Positions 33,272 through 44,991 of a DNA stretch of 64,000 nucleotides are shown here, one piece after another. Below the pieces are notes generated by a model. It was not told the origin of the DNA. It did no database searches and worked only from the letters and a program-made list of their open reading frames with translations. Source of the stretch: Desulfovirgula sp. (GTDB lineage Bacteria; Bacillota; Desulfotomaculia; Desulfotomaculales; Nap2-2B); NCBI GenBank assembly GCA_020725585.1, contig DYES01000065.1, forward strand, positions 737 to 64,736, written 5' to 3'. Position numbers and translations under genes: made by a program. The stretch's first letter is position 1. Every line of letters starts with the position of its first letter.

Positions 33272-35293
33272 TCAACGCACAATATTCCAGATTAAAGGTA
33301 CAAGCAATAGGGCAACGATATTCACTACCTTAATCATCGGGTTGATGGCCGGACCTGCCGTGTCTTTGAGCGGGTCGCCGACGGTATCCCCGGTGACGGC
33401 TGCCGCGTGGGTGGGAGTGCCTTTTCCGCCATACATACCCTCTTCAATATACTTTTTCGCATTGTCCCAGGCGCCGCCGCCGGCGGTCTGGAAGATGGCC
33501 AGGAACAAGCCGCTGACAATGGCGCCCAGCAGCATTCCGCCCAGCCCGTCGCGGCCGAGAATCAGACCGAAGATAATCGGCGCCAGCACAGGGATTAAAG
33601 CCGGTAAGATCATTTCCTTAAGCGCCCTTCTGGTGACAATATCCACGCAACGCCCGTACTCCGGACGTGCTTTGCCCTCCATCAAACCTTTAATTTCGCG
33701 GAATTGCCGGCGGACTTCGTTAACCACCTCATAGGCGGCTCTTCCTACCGCACCTATCGCCAGCGAGGAGAAGAGGAAAGGAAGCGCCGCGCCAACTAAC
33801 AGTCCGGCCAGCACCCACGGGTTGTTAATAGAAAAGGTAAGCTGCTCAGCAGGTACGTAATCCCTCAGGTGGTAGGTATAATCGGCAAAAAGCACAATGG
33901 CGGCCAGGCCCGCCGAACCAATGGCATAACCCTTGGTGACCGCCTTGGTGGTGTTTCCGACGGCGTCTAGAGGATCGGTAATGTTCCGGATCTCTTCGGG
34001 CAGTTCGGCCATTTCCGCAATGCCGCCTGCGTTATCGGTAATCGGGCCGTAGGAGTCGATGGCCACAATGATGCCCGTCATAGAAAGCATGGACATGGAG
34101 GCCACCGCAATGGCGTACAGTCCGCCGCCTCCTTCGCCGCCGCCCACTACATAGGAAATTAAGATCCCGGCAATAATCACCAGCGCGGGCAGGACACCGG
34201 CTTCCATCGCGACCGAAAGGCCGGTGATGATATTGGTGGCGTGGCCCGACTGGGAGGCGTTGGCAATAGATTTCACCGGCCTAAAGGACTTTGACGTATA
34301 GTAATCGGTTATATAAACGATGGCCAGGGTGACGATAACGCCAATTAAGGCAGGTATAAAATAGAGGTTGGAGCCCATAATGGACGGAGTCACAAAATAA
34401 AAACCGATCAGCGCCAGAATAGCTGAAGCCCACAACCCCTTGTACAGGGCGCCCATGATATTTTGTCCGCCGCCCATGCGGACAAAAAAGCTCCCGATAA
34501 TCGAAGCGATAATCGCTACCGCGCCCAGTAAAATGGGGTAAACCACGGCCAGCGGGTTATCCGGAAAAACGAGGTGACCTAACAACATGGCGCCAATGGC
34601 AGTAACGGCGTAAGTCTCAAACAGGTCGGCGGCCATGCCGGCGCAATCGCCCACGTTATCCCCCACGTTGTCGGCGATCACCGCCGGGTTGCGCGGGTCA
34701 TCTTCAGGAATTCCCGCTTCTACTTTACCTACCAGGTCGGCGCCCACGTCCGCGCTCTTTGTGTAGATGCCGCCGCCCAGACGGGCGAACACGCTGATCA
34801 GGCTGCCGCCAAAGCCCATACCCACTAAAGAAACTGGGTCTTTAAAAATAAGGTACAGGCCGGAAACACCCAGCAGGGCCAGGCTCACGCAAATCATTCC
34901 CGTTACCGCACCGCCTTTAAAAGCCACCTGCAGGGCATATCCGATGCCGCTCTTGGCCGCTTCAGCGACCCGGGTGTTGCCGCGGGTGGTCACATACATC
35001 CCTACGTAACCGCATAAAGCGGAAAAAACGGCGCCGATGATAAACCCGATCGCCGTCGTGGGTCCTAAACCTGCCCAGATGATAATAGCCACAATGATGC
35101 CGACGAGGGCCACCGTTTTATACTGACGGTTAAGATAGGCCATGGCGCCTTCTTGAATGGCGGCCGAAATTTCCTGCATCCGCGGCGAGCCGGCGGGACG
35201 GCTCAATACCCAGGAAATAAGATAGACGGCAAATAAGAGTCCGATTACGGAGGCAATAATACCTATCCACGTAATGCTCGTAACCTGATCCAA
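33272..35293 (-). CDS. hppA: membrane-bound pyrophosphatase (K+-independent H+-PPase type)
   Basis: [39 protein letters not shown] and [10 protein letters not shown] motifs; GNTTKA (Lys variant) marks the K+-independent class. Confidence 0.95.
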   Translation of the reverse strand: MDQVTSITWIGIIASVIGLLFAVYLISWVLSRPAGSPRMQEISAAIQEGAMAYLNRQYKTVALVGIIVAIIIWAGLGPTTAIGFIIGAVFSALCGYVGMYVTTRGNTRVAEAAKSGIGYALQVAFKGGAVTGMICVSLALLGVSGLYLIFKDPVSLVGMGFGGSLISVFARLGGGIYTKSADVGADLVGKVEAGIPEDDPRNPAVIADNVGDNVGDCAGMAADLFETYAVTAIGAMLLGHLVFPDNPLAVVYPILLGAVAIIASIIGSFFVRMGGGQNIMGALYKGLWASAILALIGFYFVTPSIMGSNLYFIPALIGVIVTLAIVYITDYYTSKSFRPVKSIANASQSGHATNIITGLSVAMEAGVLPALVIIAGILISYVVGGGEGGGGLYAIAVASMSMLSMTGIIVAIDSYGPITDNAGGIAEMAELPEEIRNITDPLDAVGNTTKAVTKGYAIGSAGLAAIVLFADYTYHLRDYVPAEQLTFSINNPWVLAGLLVGAALPFLFSSLAIGAVGRAAYEVVNEVRRQFREIKGLMEGKARPEYGRCVDIVTRRALKEMILPALIPVLAPIIFGLILGRDGLGGMLLGAIVSGLFLAIFQTAGGGAWDNAKKYIEEGMYGGKGTPTHAAAVTGDTVGDPLKDTAGPAINPMIKVVNIVALLLVPLIWNIVR

Positions 35294-35441
35294 GGTAATT
35301 TACCTGGCGGCCTCTTTAACCAGGCTTTCTCCACTCCCTTCCCATTTGGATTTGCCCAGAAAAACAAGGGCACTATAATAGACGAGGCCTGATAACAACG
35401 AAAGCTTAAAAAGTTTACCTCCTCATCCCCTTTTGCCCTTC

Positions 35442-35669
35442 TTATTGCCAGAAGCCCAGAAGAAGGGCCGTTATACCAAACAAGACAGCTACCACCGTAG
35501 TCATCTTGCCCAGTAACTCGTCTAACCCCTTCTTTTTTCCAAATATTGCTTCGGCACCGCCGGCAATGGTCCCGGACAAGCCGGCGCTCCGGCCCGACTG
35601 CAAAAGGACGACGGCAATTAAAAATAGACTGAGCATAACGTGCAGGACGGTTACCAGGCTTTTCACCAT
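35442..35669 (-). CDS. secG: preprotein translocase subunit SecG
   Basis: VLLQSGRSAGLSGTIAGGAEAIFGKKKGLD; two TM helices. Confidence 0.95.
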   Translation of the reverse strand: MVKSLVTVLHVMLSLFLIAVVLLQSGRSAGLSGTIAGGAEAIFGKKKGLDELLGKMTTVVAVLFGITALLLGFWQ

Positions 35670-35739
35670 TCAATCACCCCCCATCCTCTCTCTTTCCCCC
35701 GACAATTATAACATGATGCACAAAAAATGACAAATCATA

Positions 35740-36096
35740 TTATAACTGTGCTACGTTCACTTCCCCGGCGTCCCCCCACAGGCGCTCTAAATTATAAAAT
35801 TGCCTTTCTTCTTCCACAAAAATATGGATGACCAGATCGCCGTAATCCAAAAGCACCCACCGGCCTTCCCGGAAGCCTTCTATGCGCGGCTGAAAACCTC
35901 CCGCCCGCTTTCCAATTTCTTCAATAATTTCTCTGGCTACACCCTTTACATGGATAGGAGATCTTCCGGTGCAGATTAAAAAATAATCGGCAAGGATGGA
36001 AATTTTTCTGATGTCCAGGACTGTAATATCGTAAGCCTTTTTCTCTTCAGCGACCCGCATGGCAATTTTTAACAATGCCTGTGGGTTCAATGCCAA
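35740..36096 (-). CDS. rsfS: ribosome silencing factor
   Basis: EKKAYDI, ADYFLIC and WVLLDYGDLVIHIF...R.FYNLERLW motifs. Confidence 0.95.
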   Translation of the reverse strand: MALNPQALLKIAMRVAEEKKAYDITVLDIRKISILADYFLICTGRSPIHVKGVAREIIEEIGKRAGGFQPRIEGFREGRWVLLDYGDLVIHIFVEEERQFYNLERLWGDAGEVNVAQL

Positions 36097-36179
36097 ATGT
36101 AATTCCCCCTGTAAAACTTATTTTTTTATACTATATTCTCCCTCCAGGTCATAGTTCCTCCTCATTTCATGACCATTTT

Positions 36180-36434
36180 TTATTTTCCTTCTCTGGCTTT
36201 GGCTTCGCTGACGGTAATGATCCGCCCGCCCAGTTCTTTGCCGTTTAGTGCGGCGATAATCGCTTCCGCATCTTCGTCGGCCACTTCTACAAAACCGAAT
36301 CCCCGGGATTTGCCGGTTTGCCGGTCCCGGATAATCCGGCTGTTGATTACCTCGCCGTATTGAGAAAAGGTTTCGGCGAGATCTTCCGCTCTAGTGGACC
36401 AGGGCAGGTTACCCACATATAATATACGCACCAT
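36180..36434 (-). CDS. RRM-domain RNA-binding protein
   Basis: RNP2 LYVGNL and RNP1 RGFGFVEV. Confidence 0.93.
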   Translation of the reverse strand: MVRILYVGNLPWSTRAEDLAETFSQYGEVINSRIIRDRQTGKSRGFGFVEVADEDAEAIIAALNGKELGGRIITVSEAKAREGK

Positions 36435-36566
36435 CTCTTCTCACCTCTTTTCTTTTTCATGGCCTGTTTTATTATTTGCTAAATGGCTGGGGGCAATGCA
36501 AATTCATAAATTATTTAAGGTGCTGTGTTTGCAGCCACAAAGCAAAAACTCTTTATAGGGATAAAC

Positions 36567-37178
36567 TCACGACTTCTTCTGGTACAACCCTTGTTCCACA
36601 ATGTACTTTTCGACCGCTTCCGGCAATAAGTATTTGATGGGGCGTCCTGTCTGCACGCGCTCCCGGATGTCTGTGGAGGATATGGCTAGCGCGGGCACTT
36701 CCATGATGATAATGCGCTTTAGCTGCTCCTCGCCAATCCCGGGGAGCTTCGTTTTGAGCTTCCCCAGCCGGTAGCCGGGGCGCTTAGCAGCTATAAAGCA
36801 ACACTGGGCAAGCAGCTCGTCAAAATGTTTCCAGCTTAAAATTTCCAGCACCGCATCCGCCCCGGTAATAAAAAAAAGATCGGCCAGGGGATAAATTTTC
36901 TTCATCTCCCTGACCGTATCAATCGTATACGACAAACCGGGTCTTTCAATTTCAATGGCCGAGATGCTAAAAAAGGGGTTGCTTTGAATGGCCAGTTGAG
37001 TCATGGCCAGCCGGTGGGAGGCAGCGGAAATTTTCCTGGAAACCTTGTGGGGAGGATGTCCGGCAGGGATAAAAACCACCTTCGCCAGCCCAAACTGGTA
37101 ACGGGCTTCCTCAGCCGCCACCAGATGCCCGTGATGAATGGGATCAAAAGTTCCGCCCATAATCCCGATCCTTTGCAT
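36567..37178 (-). CDS. nadD: nicotinate-nucleotide adenylyltransferase
   Basis: [23 protein letters not shown] and ISSTDIR motifs. Confidence 0.96.
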   Translation of the reverse strand: MQRIGIMGGTFDPIHHGHLVAAEEARYQFGLAKVVFIPAGHPPHKVSRKISAASHRLAMTQLAIQSNPFFSISAIEIERPGLSYTIDTVREMKKIYPLADLFFITGADAVLEILSWKHFDELLAQCCFIAAKRPGYRLGKLKTKLPGIGEEQLKRIIIMEVPALAISSTDIRERVQTGRPIKYLLPEAVEKYIVEQGLYQKKS

Positions 37179-37248
37179 TAACCGATACTCCTTAAGAAAA
37201 TAACATAAAAAGGCGCAGAGTTGAGGCCTGTAGACGTCTTTTCAGTCT

Positions 37249-38505
37249 TTATTGCCTGATCTGTCCGTCTCCAAAAACAATGTACTTATAAGTGGTCAGT
37301 TCTTTTAAACCCATGGGGCCGCGCGCGTGCAGCTTCTGTGTAGAGATCCCAATCTCCGCTCCAAAGCCGTACTGATAACCGTCCGTAAAACGGGTGGAGG
37401 CGTTGACATAAACCGCCGCCGCGTCGACCTGCTGCAGGAATTGTCTGGCCCGGCTGTAGTTTTGGGTTACGATCGCTTCCGAATGCTTCGTTCCGTAACG
37501 GTAGATATGTTCAATGGCTTCCTCCAAATTTTCTACTACTTTCACGGCCAGGATGAGGTCCAGATATTCGGTGGCCCAGTCTTCTTCCGTCGCCGGGACG
37601 ACCCATGGGGCGTACGCGCGCGTTTTGGCGCAGCCGCGAATCTGAACCCCTGCTTCTTTGAGCTTTTCCAGCAGCCCGGGGAAAAGCCTGCCGGCTACAT
37701 TTTGATGAACCAGCAATGTTTCGACGGCGTTGCAAACCCCCGGACGCTGACACTTCGCGTTTATCACGATCGCGACGGCCATTTCGGGGTCGGCGTCCTC
37801 GTCCACGTAAACGTGACAGTTGCCTACGCCCGTTTCAATTACCGGCACGGTGGCTTCCTGCACCACCCTTTGGATAAGACCGGCCCCGCCGCGGGGAATC
37901 AGCACGTCCAGCAGGCCGCTTGCCTTTAACAAAGCGCCCACGGCAGCCCGGTCCGTGTTTTCGATGAGCTGGATCGCTCCCGCAGGCACACCTGCTTCTG
38001 CAGCCGCCGCCGAAATAACGGAGGCGATTGCTTTGTTGGAATTGATGGCTTCCGAACCGCCCCGCAGAACGACCGCATTTCCGGCCTTTAAACAGAGCCC
38101 GGCGGCGTCCACCGTAACGTTGGGGCGAGCTTCGTAAATAATGCCGATCACTCCGAGAGGCACTCTCACCCGGCCGATTTGCAACCCGTTCGGCCTTGTC
38201 CACATGGACTCCACTTCGCCCACGGGATCGGGAAGAGCGGCCACTACCCGCAACCCTTCGGCCATGTCTTCTATTCTCTGCGGGGTAAGCAGCAAACGGT
38301 CGAGCAGGGCTTTGGAGAGGCCCATTTCTTTTCCCGAACGGACGTCTTTTTCATTGGCCTCCAGAATGGCTTGCTGATTTTTAATCAGGCTCTCGGCCAT
38401 CTGGAGAAGCGCGCGGTCTTTAATCTCCGTGGACAGATACGCCAGCCGCCGGGCGGCTTCTCTGGCACGGATCGCCTTTTCCTTGACTTCCTGTTCGTAA
38501 GACAA
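37249..38505 (-). CDS. proA: glutamate-5-semialdehyde dehydrogenase
   Basis: VPLGVIGIIYEARPNVT, CNAVETLLVH and NASTRFTDG...GISTQKLHARGPMG motifs. Confidence 0.97.
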   Translation of the reverse strand: MSYEQEVKEKAIRAREAARRLAYLSTEIKDRALLQMAESLIKNQQAILEANEKDVRSGKEMGLSKALLDRLLLTPQRIEDMAEGLRVVAALPDPVGEVESMWTRPNGLQIGRVRVPLGVIGIIYEARPNVTVDAAGLCLKAGNAVVLRGGSEAINSNKAIASVISAAAAEAGVPAGAIQLIENTDRAAVGALLKASGLLDVLIPRGGAGLIQRVVQEATVPVIETGVGNCHVYVDEDADPEMAVAIVINAKCQRPGVCNAVETLLVHQNVAGRLFPGLLEKLKEAGVQIRGCAKTRAYAPWVVPATEEDWATEYLDLILAVKVVENLEEAIEHIYRYGTKHSEAIVTQNYSRARQFLQQVDAAAVYVNASTRFTDGYQYGFGAEIGISTQKLHARGPMGLKELTTYKYIVFGDGQIRQ

Positions 38506-38593
38506 CTATATCCTACCTCCTTTGAAAACATCCCAGGTACAAAGTTGCCCGGGCACTATCCCTCTTTTGTCTTTGCGCCTTTTCGCCTTAACC

Positions 38594-39712
38594 CTATATA
38601 TTCAACACCATATTGTTCCGGTGGACGACCTCTTCGTAGCCTTTATGACCCAGCAACCTTTCTATTTCTTTGGTCTTGGCCCCCTTGATCGCGTTTACTT
38701 CCGCGGCGGAAAAATTGGTTATCCCGCGGGCGATTTCATTGCCGTCGGGACCGTGTATACTCACCGTGTTACCTATTTCAAAATCGCCTTCTACCTGCAC
38801 TACGCCGGACGGCAAAAGGCTTTTTCCTTTATACAGCAAGGCCGCCGCGGCTCCCTCGTCCACGTAAATTTTCCCGTGCACGGTTGAGCTGTAGGCGATC
38901 CACCGCTTTTTATTCTCCAGCCTCTCCGAGGGCCAAAATACCGTTCCCAGCGGTTCCCCGCTGACCACCCGGCGAACCACGTCTTTTTCGGCCGCGGAGG
39001 CCAGCACCATAATGATTCCGGAATGCATGGCGATCCTGGCCGCCTGAAGCTTCGTGATCATTCCGCCGGTGCCCAGCTTGTTTTTTGTGCCGGCAGCAAT
39101 CTGTTCCAATTGCGGAGTGATTTCCTTAACCTCCGGGATCAGCCGGGCCGGGCCGGCAGAGGGGTCACCTTCATAAAACCCATCGATATCTGAAAGCATA
39201 ATCAATAAATCGGCATCCACCAGGCCGCCAACCTGAGCGGCCAGGTTATCGTTGTCGCCCAGTTTGATTTCCTCCACCGCCACTGTGTCATTTTCGTTAA
39301 TAATCGGCAGCACGCCTATGCGCAGCAATGTATACATGGTGTTGCGGGCATTTAAAAAACGCTTCCGGTCTGCGAAGTCCTCGCGCGTCAACAGTACCTG
39401 GCCTACCGGCACGTTGTACTCCGCGAAAAATTTTTCGTAGATGTGGATCAAAATACCCTGGCCCACGGCGGCAGCCGCCTGTTTTTCCGGAATTGTTTTC
39501 GGACGCCGGGCATAACCCAGCCTGTTTAAGCCCACCCCAATCGCTCCGGAAGTAACCAGAAGCATTTCTTTTCCTTGATTATGCAGGTCGGCCAGCTGGC
39601 GGACCAGGCTTTCCATTTGCGCCAGGTTCGGACGCCCAGTAGGATAAATCAGGGAGCTTGAACCGATTTTGACTACGATTCGTTTCACTGCGGAGAACTG
39701 TCTTTGCTCCAA
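38594..39712 (-). CDS. proB: glutamate 5-kinase
   Basis: VVKIGSS, INENDTV, GDNDNL, GTGGMITKL and a C-terminal PUA domain; TTG start assumed. Confidence 0.95.
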   Translation of the reverse strand: MEQRQFSAVKRIVVKIGSSSLIYPTGRPNLAQMESLVRQLADLHNQGKEMLLVTSGAIGVGLNRLGYARRPKTIPEKQAAAAVGQGILIHIYEKFFAEYNVPVGQVLLTREDFADRKRFLNARNTMYTLLRIGVLPIINENDTVAVEEIKLGDNDNLAAQVGGLVDADLLIMLSDIDGFYEGDPSAGPARLIPEVKEITPQLEQIAAGTKNKLGTGGMITKLQAARIAMHSGIIMVLASAAEKDVVRRVVSGEPLGTVFWPSERLENKKRWIAYSSTVHGKIYVDEGAAAALLYKGKSLLPSGVVQVEGDFEIGNTVSIHGPDGNEIARGITNFSAAEVNAIKGAKTKEIERLLGHKGYEEVVHRNNMVLNI

Positions 39713-39762
39713 TTCCTGCCACTCCCTCGTTAGCTTAAAACCAGTATAAACAATAAACAGCT

Positions 39763-41055
<1,293 letters not shown>

Positions 41056-41607
41056 TCACCTGACCGAAAAACAAAGCGTTATTGCCCCCGTACCGTTGCT
41101 TGCTTCAAATTTTGCCTGCCCCTGGCCGGAAGAAAAACGATCACGAACAGCCTCAAGCTGTTCCTTTATGAAATAGGGATCGCGGCAGAAAAAACTGATC
41201 ACACAGACATAGTAACCGGGCTCTTCCCTTAAATTAACCTTTATTTCCCGATGCCTTATTGAAAGCGGACTTAAGGAAAAAATCGCCTGGGCCAGCGCCC
41301 ATTCCAGGTAAGAGCTGATTTCCTCTCCGGAAAGAGCGCACTTGTCGAGATCTGTTTGCAAATCATACTTTATCGTGATGCCTTTTTGCGCTGCCTCGTT
41401 TTGTGCGACTAAAAAAACCAGGGCCACTTCGGGCAGGTGCAGACGGGTAATTTTACTTTCCTCGGCAATTATTCCAACAACTTCCGCAATGTATTCTCTG
41501 GCCTCGGAAACTTTGTTTAACTGCAGGTAACCCAGAATTACCTGCAGGTGATTTAAAAAGTCATGCCTTTGGGCCCGGACCACCCCTAGAACTGAGCTGG
41601 CCTGCAT
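41056..41607 (-). CDS. spo0B: sporulation phosphotransferase Spo0B-like protein
   Basis: QRHDFLNHLQVILGYLQL motif; position between rpmA and obgE. Confidence 0.82.
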   Translation of the reverse strand: MQASSVLGVVRAQRHDFLNHLQVILGYLQLNKVSEAREYIAEVVGIIAEESKITRLHLPEVALVFLVAQNEAAQKGITIKYDLQTDLDKCALSGEEISSYLEWALAQAIFSLSPLSIRHREIKVNLREEPGYYVCVISFFCRDPYFIKEQLEAVRDRFSSGQGQAKFEASNGTGAITLCFSVR

Positions 41608-41647
41608 CTAAAATTCCCCTGCCCCAACGTAAACTTTTTAACGGTAT

Positions 41648-41679
41648 AAAAAACCGGTCCCCCGGAAAGGACCGGTTTT
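41648..41679 (-). terminator. terminator after rpmA
   Basis: AAAACCGGTCC-loop-GGACCGGTTTT inverted repeat. Confidence 0.75.
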
Positions 41680-41698
41680 GTGCGCTTATTGATATGTT

Positions 41699-41962
41699 TT
41701 ACATCACGAGTACTGGCTCCACGTGAACCTGCTTTTTGTCGCGACCTTTCCGCTGAAAGCGAACCACCCCGTCGACCAGGGCAAACAGGGTATCGTCACC
41801 GCCCCTGCCGACATTGCGGCCAGGATGGATTCTGGTTCCTCTCTGACGCACCAATATGCTGCCGGCAGTGACCATCTGGCCGTCCTGCCTCTTTACACCG
41901 AGCATTTTTGGCTGCGAATCCCTTCCGTTGCGGGAACTGCCCACTCCTTTTTTATGCGCCAT
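41699..41962 (-). CDS. rpmA: 50S ribosomal protein L27
   Basis: [16 protein letters not shown] and [10 protein letters not shown] motifs; AGGAGGTGA RBS. Confidence 0.98.
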   Translation of the reverse strand: MAHKKGVGSSRNGRDSQPKMLGVKRQDGQMVTAGSILVRQRGTRIHPGRNVGRGGDDTLFALVDGVVRFQRKGRDKKQVHVEPVLVM

Positions 41963-42000
41963 TTACCCTCACCTCCTGACTTATGAAACACCCCGAATGA

Positions 42001-42318
42001 TCAGGCGCCTGTTTCAATTTTTTCTACAACTACCTGCGTGAAAGGCTGCCGGTGGCCTTTTTTCCGACGGTAATTCTTTTTCGGCTTATACTTAAAGACG
42101 ATAATTTTCTTGCCCCGCCCCTGGCGAACGGCCCTCAGCAATACTTTCGCGCCTTCCACAAACGGCGCCCCTACCTTAAAGTCCCCATCACTAACAATAG
42201 CCAGCACCCTGTCTAAAGTTACCGTTTCTCCCGGCTCCACCGGCAGCTTTTCCACGAAAAGAGCATCCCCTTCACGCACCCGGTACTGTTTTCCACCCGT
42301 CTCGATAATGGCGTACAT
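42001..42318 (-). CDS. rplU: 50S ribosomal protein L21
   Basis: [12 protein letters not shown]...KKGHRQPFT. Confidence 0.98.
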   Translation of the reverse strand: MYAIIETGGKQYRVREGDALFVEKLPVEPGETVTLDRVLAIVSDGDFKVGAPFVEGAKVLLRAVRQGRGKKIIVFKYKPKKNYRRKKGHRQPFTQVVVEKIETGA

Positions 42319-42340
42319 AAAAATCAACCCCTTAATTCGC

Positions 42341-42400
42341 AGGACTCGCCCGGAGCAGGTAGGCAGCGCCTTTTTCAAAAACCCGTCCGGCGCGGTATGA
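42341..42400 (-). ncRNA. L21 leader (cis-regulatory RNA)
   Basis: Minus strand ACCGC...TACCTG...GGCGAGTC upstream of rplU, downstream of a TTGACA-N16-TAGAAT promoter (42413-42440). Confidence 0.7.
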
Positions 42401-42600
42401 TTTATAAGTTTTATTCTAACACATAGTATTGTTTTGTCAAGCGGAGTGACGGCGCCCACAAGTGCCGCCAGGCGGTCAACCGCGCCTCGGCGCCCGTGAT
42501 CCTCATTTGAAACCAATTCAACGGCTCAAAAGCTGAACGAAAAATTAATTAAAAAATACTCTGCGCCTTTTTAACCTGTCGGCTTTGAACCTTAAATCGT

Positions 42601-44280
42601 TCACTTCACCAGCCTGGCACGCGCGTAGGTGCGGTAGACTTTGTCCACCTCCACCGGGACCGTTTCGCCGACTAGCGCGCCCGCCCCCTCGATGTCCAGA
42701 ACAAAGCCGTTGATGCGGGCGATGCCGTCCTCCGCCTTGGAAACGTGGGGTTCTTCAATTTTCACTTCCAAAAGCTGGCCGGGGTGCACGGGAAGGGACT
42801 GGGCCTTGATCTCCGCCCGGTCGTACAAAGGCCGAATGGAAACCGATTCGATGTGCTGCGTCTGGGAGCCGCGGATGTATATATTTTTGCCCGTGTGCCT
42901 TTCCAGATCGCGCAGATGGGTGCCCCCGCTCCCGATCAGACGCGCCGCCACGTGGGGATGGGCCTCTACCAAAATGGTGTCGGCGGCAGTGCGGCGCGCC
43001 AGATCGTAAATGTGATTTTTAATGTGAATGCCCACCGTTTCTTCGGAAAGGACCTTTCCCCGTCCCTCACAGTACGGGCAAGGCTTCTGCAATACCTCCG
43101 CCAGGCTGGGGCGGACCTTTTTCCTGGTCAGCTCTAACAGGCCCAATTGCGTAATGCCCAGGATATTGGTCTTGGTTTTGTCTTTTTTCAGTTCTGCTTC
43201 CAGAGCCTCTAGCACCCGCCGGCGGTTCTCTTCCCTTTGCATATCAATAAAATCAACAATAATGATCCCGCCGATATTGCGGAGCCTGATCTGACGGGCA
43301 ATCTCCACCGCCGCTTCCAGATTTGTTTTCAGCACCGTATCTTCCAGATCCGTCGTGCCCACAAATTTACCCGTATTTACGTCGACGGCAGTGAGGGCCT
43401 CCGTCTGGTCGATAACGATGTACCCTCCGGATCTCAACCAGACTTTCCGCTTTAAAGCCTTCTCGATCTCCTGGTCGATGCCGTAATCCTTAAAAATATT
43501 GTTGCGCATCTCCAAAATTACTTTGGGGCGCAGACGCGGGCTGATAATTTCCAGAATATCCATAATTTTTTCGTATTCAAAACGCGAATCAACGATCAGG
43601 CGGTCAAAGTCTTCTGTGAAGAGATCTCTTAAAATACGCTGGCTCAGTTCCAGGTCCCGGTGAATTAAACTGGGCGCGGAACTGTTTTTGGCCCGGGAGA
43701 GGATTTTTTTCCAAAGTTGGGTGAGGATATTGACATCCTGCTGCAAATCCCCTTCTTCCACCCCTTCGGCCACCGTCCGCACAATCAAGCCCATTTTTTC
43801 CGGTTTTACGCGCCCAGCCAGGGTCTTTAGCCTTTCTCTCTCTTTTTCCGAGCCGATGCGCCGGGAAACCCCTATATATTCCATCGTGGGCATTAACACC
43901 AGGTAACGCCCGGGCAAAGTTACGTGCGTGGTGACCCGCGGACCTTTGCTGCCCAGGGGCGCCTTAACCACCTGGACGATGATTTCCTGACCGCGTTTTA
44001 ATAGCGAGGAAATATTTGTTGGGAAGTCTCTGCCGTTACCGTTCCACGTGCGCGGGGGCAGCGCATCCTCGACGTATAAAAAAGCGTTCTTTTCCAGGCC
44101 GATATCCACAAAGGCGGCCTGCATCCCCGGCAGAACGTTCTCCACCCGCCCTTTAAAGATGTTGCCGACCAGCTTTTGGGCAAGGGACCGCTCAATATAT
44201 ACCTCTACCACCACGTCATCCTCTAAAACGGCAACTTTTGTTTCCTCTTCTCCGGCATGAAGAACAATTTCTTTAAACAC
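42601..44280 (-). CDS. rng: ribonuclease E/G family (Rng) with C-terminal TRAM-like domain
   Basis: GNIFKGRV, PGMQAAFVDIG, DVNTGKF, GGIIIVDFIDM and CPYCEGRG motifs. Confidence 0.92.
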   Translation of the reverse strand: MFKEIVLHAGEEETKVAVLEDDVVVEVYIERSLAQKLVGNIFKGRVENVLPGMQAAFVDIGLEKNAFLYVEDALPPRTWNGNGRDFPTNISSLLKRGQEIIVQVVKAPLGSKGPRVTTHVTLPGRYLVLMPTMEYIGVSRRIGSEKERERLKTLAGRVKPEKMGLIVRTVAEGVEEGDLQQDVNILTQLWKKILSRAKNSSAPSLIHRDLELSQRILRDLFTEDFDRLIVDSRFEYEKIMDILEIISPRLRPKVILEMRNNIFKDYGIDQEIEKALKRKVWLRSGGYIVIDQTEALTAVDVNTGKFVGTTDLEDTVLKTNLEAAVEIARQIRLRNIGGIIIVDFIDMQREENRRRVLEALEAELKKDKTKTNILGITQLGLLELTRKKVRPSLAEVLQKPCPYCEGRGKVLSEETVGIHIKNHIYDLARRTAADTILVEAHPHVAARLIGSGGTHLRDLERHTGKNIYIRGSQTQHIESVSIRPLYDRAEIKAQSLPVHPGQLLEVKIEEPHVSKAEDGIARINGFVLDIEGAGALVGETVPVEVDKVYRTYARARLVK

Positions 44281-44283
44281 TTT

Positions 44284-44991
44284 CTACTCCTCCGTCGCAG
44301 TCCTCCCGCTTTCCCTGGAGTCGGAGCTTTTTTCAAAAAATAATCCCGTCCGTTTAATCCTGCATGTCTGCAAAAGCACAGGAAGCCCGCATTTTTCCAA
44401 AAGACCCCGGCAGACCTCCTCCGGGCGCACGTTGCCGCTGCTGCCCGCCTGCAACTCCATTTCCAAGACCACTTTTTTTTGCTCCACCTTGCCTTGCAAA
44501 CGATATATTCCCGGACGGATATCCTTGGTCTTTTGCCGGTCTTTTTTCTTTGTGGCTGCTTCCACTGCAGAAAGGGCCAGAAAAGAATCAAGACAACCTT
44601 GCAATGCGCTGTTTGTCAGCGGACCGGAAAGTTCCATTTCCACTTCGTAACGGGCTTTTTTCAGGGTCGCCATCAATGAAGGTGCGCGATCACTAACCGG
44701 CCGGGCCTCTTTAACCCGAATACCCTCCGGAAAAACCATGTTTAAACGAGAAATTATTTCTTTTGGAGAAATATTTTTCTCCAATTCGATATCTAAATAT
44801 TCCTGCTCCCCTGCCACCCCCACCGGCAGCGGGGCGGCAAAGCTAAACCGGGGGTGGGGATTAAAACCCTGGGAAAAAGCTAACGGCAGCCTCGCCCGGC
44901 GCAAGGCGCGCTCCGTGGTGCGCACAAGGTCCAGGTGCGACAAAAACCTGGCCGGCCCCTCCTTGCTAAACTGCACCCTGTAGCGGGGCAA
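44284..44991 (-). CDS. radical SAM-linked protein (TIGR03936/DUF2344-like)
   Basis: RFLSHLDL, SQGFNPHP and LPVG motifs; coupled to the upstream radical SAM gene; TTG start assumed. Confidence 0.85.
   Translation of the reverse strand: MPRYRVQFSKEGPARFLSHLDLVRTTERALRRARLPLAFSQGFNPHPRFSFAAPLPVGVAGEQEYLDIELEKNISPKEIISRLNMVFPEGIRVKEARPVSDRAPSLMATLKKARYEVEMELSGPLTNSALQGCLDSFLALSAVEAATKKKDRQKTKDIRPGIYRLQGKVEQKKVVLEMELQAGSSGNVRPEEVCRGLLEKCGLPVLLQTCRIKRTGLFFEKSSDSRESGRTATEE

Noticed and set aside
35380-35440. Fluoride riboswitch upstream of hppA (GGGGATGAGG...)
   Set aside because: The start resembles GGnGAUG but the following GUUC/GCUC-nCC stem and the downstream AUGAC pseudoknot partner are missing.
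41056-41607. Spo0B in a Clostridia-class organism as a novelty
   Set aside because: Spo0B upstream of obg is already known in Peptococcaceae-like lineages.
42440-42500. GC-rich hairpin-capable segment between rng and the rplU promoter
   Set aside because: No tRNA cloverleaf or recognisable RNA motif; probably a terminator or neutral spacer.
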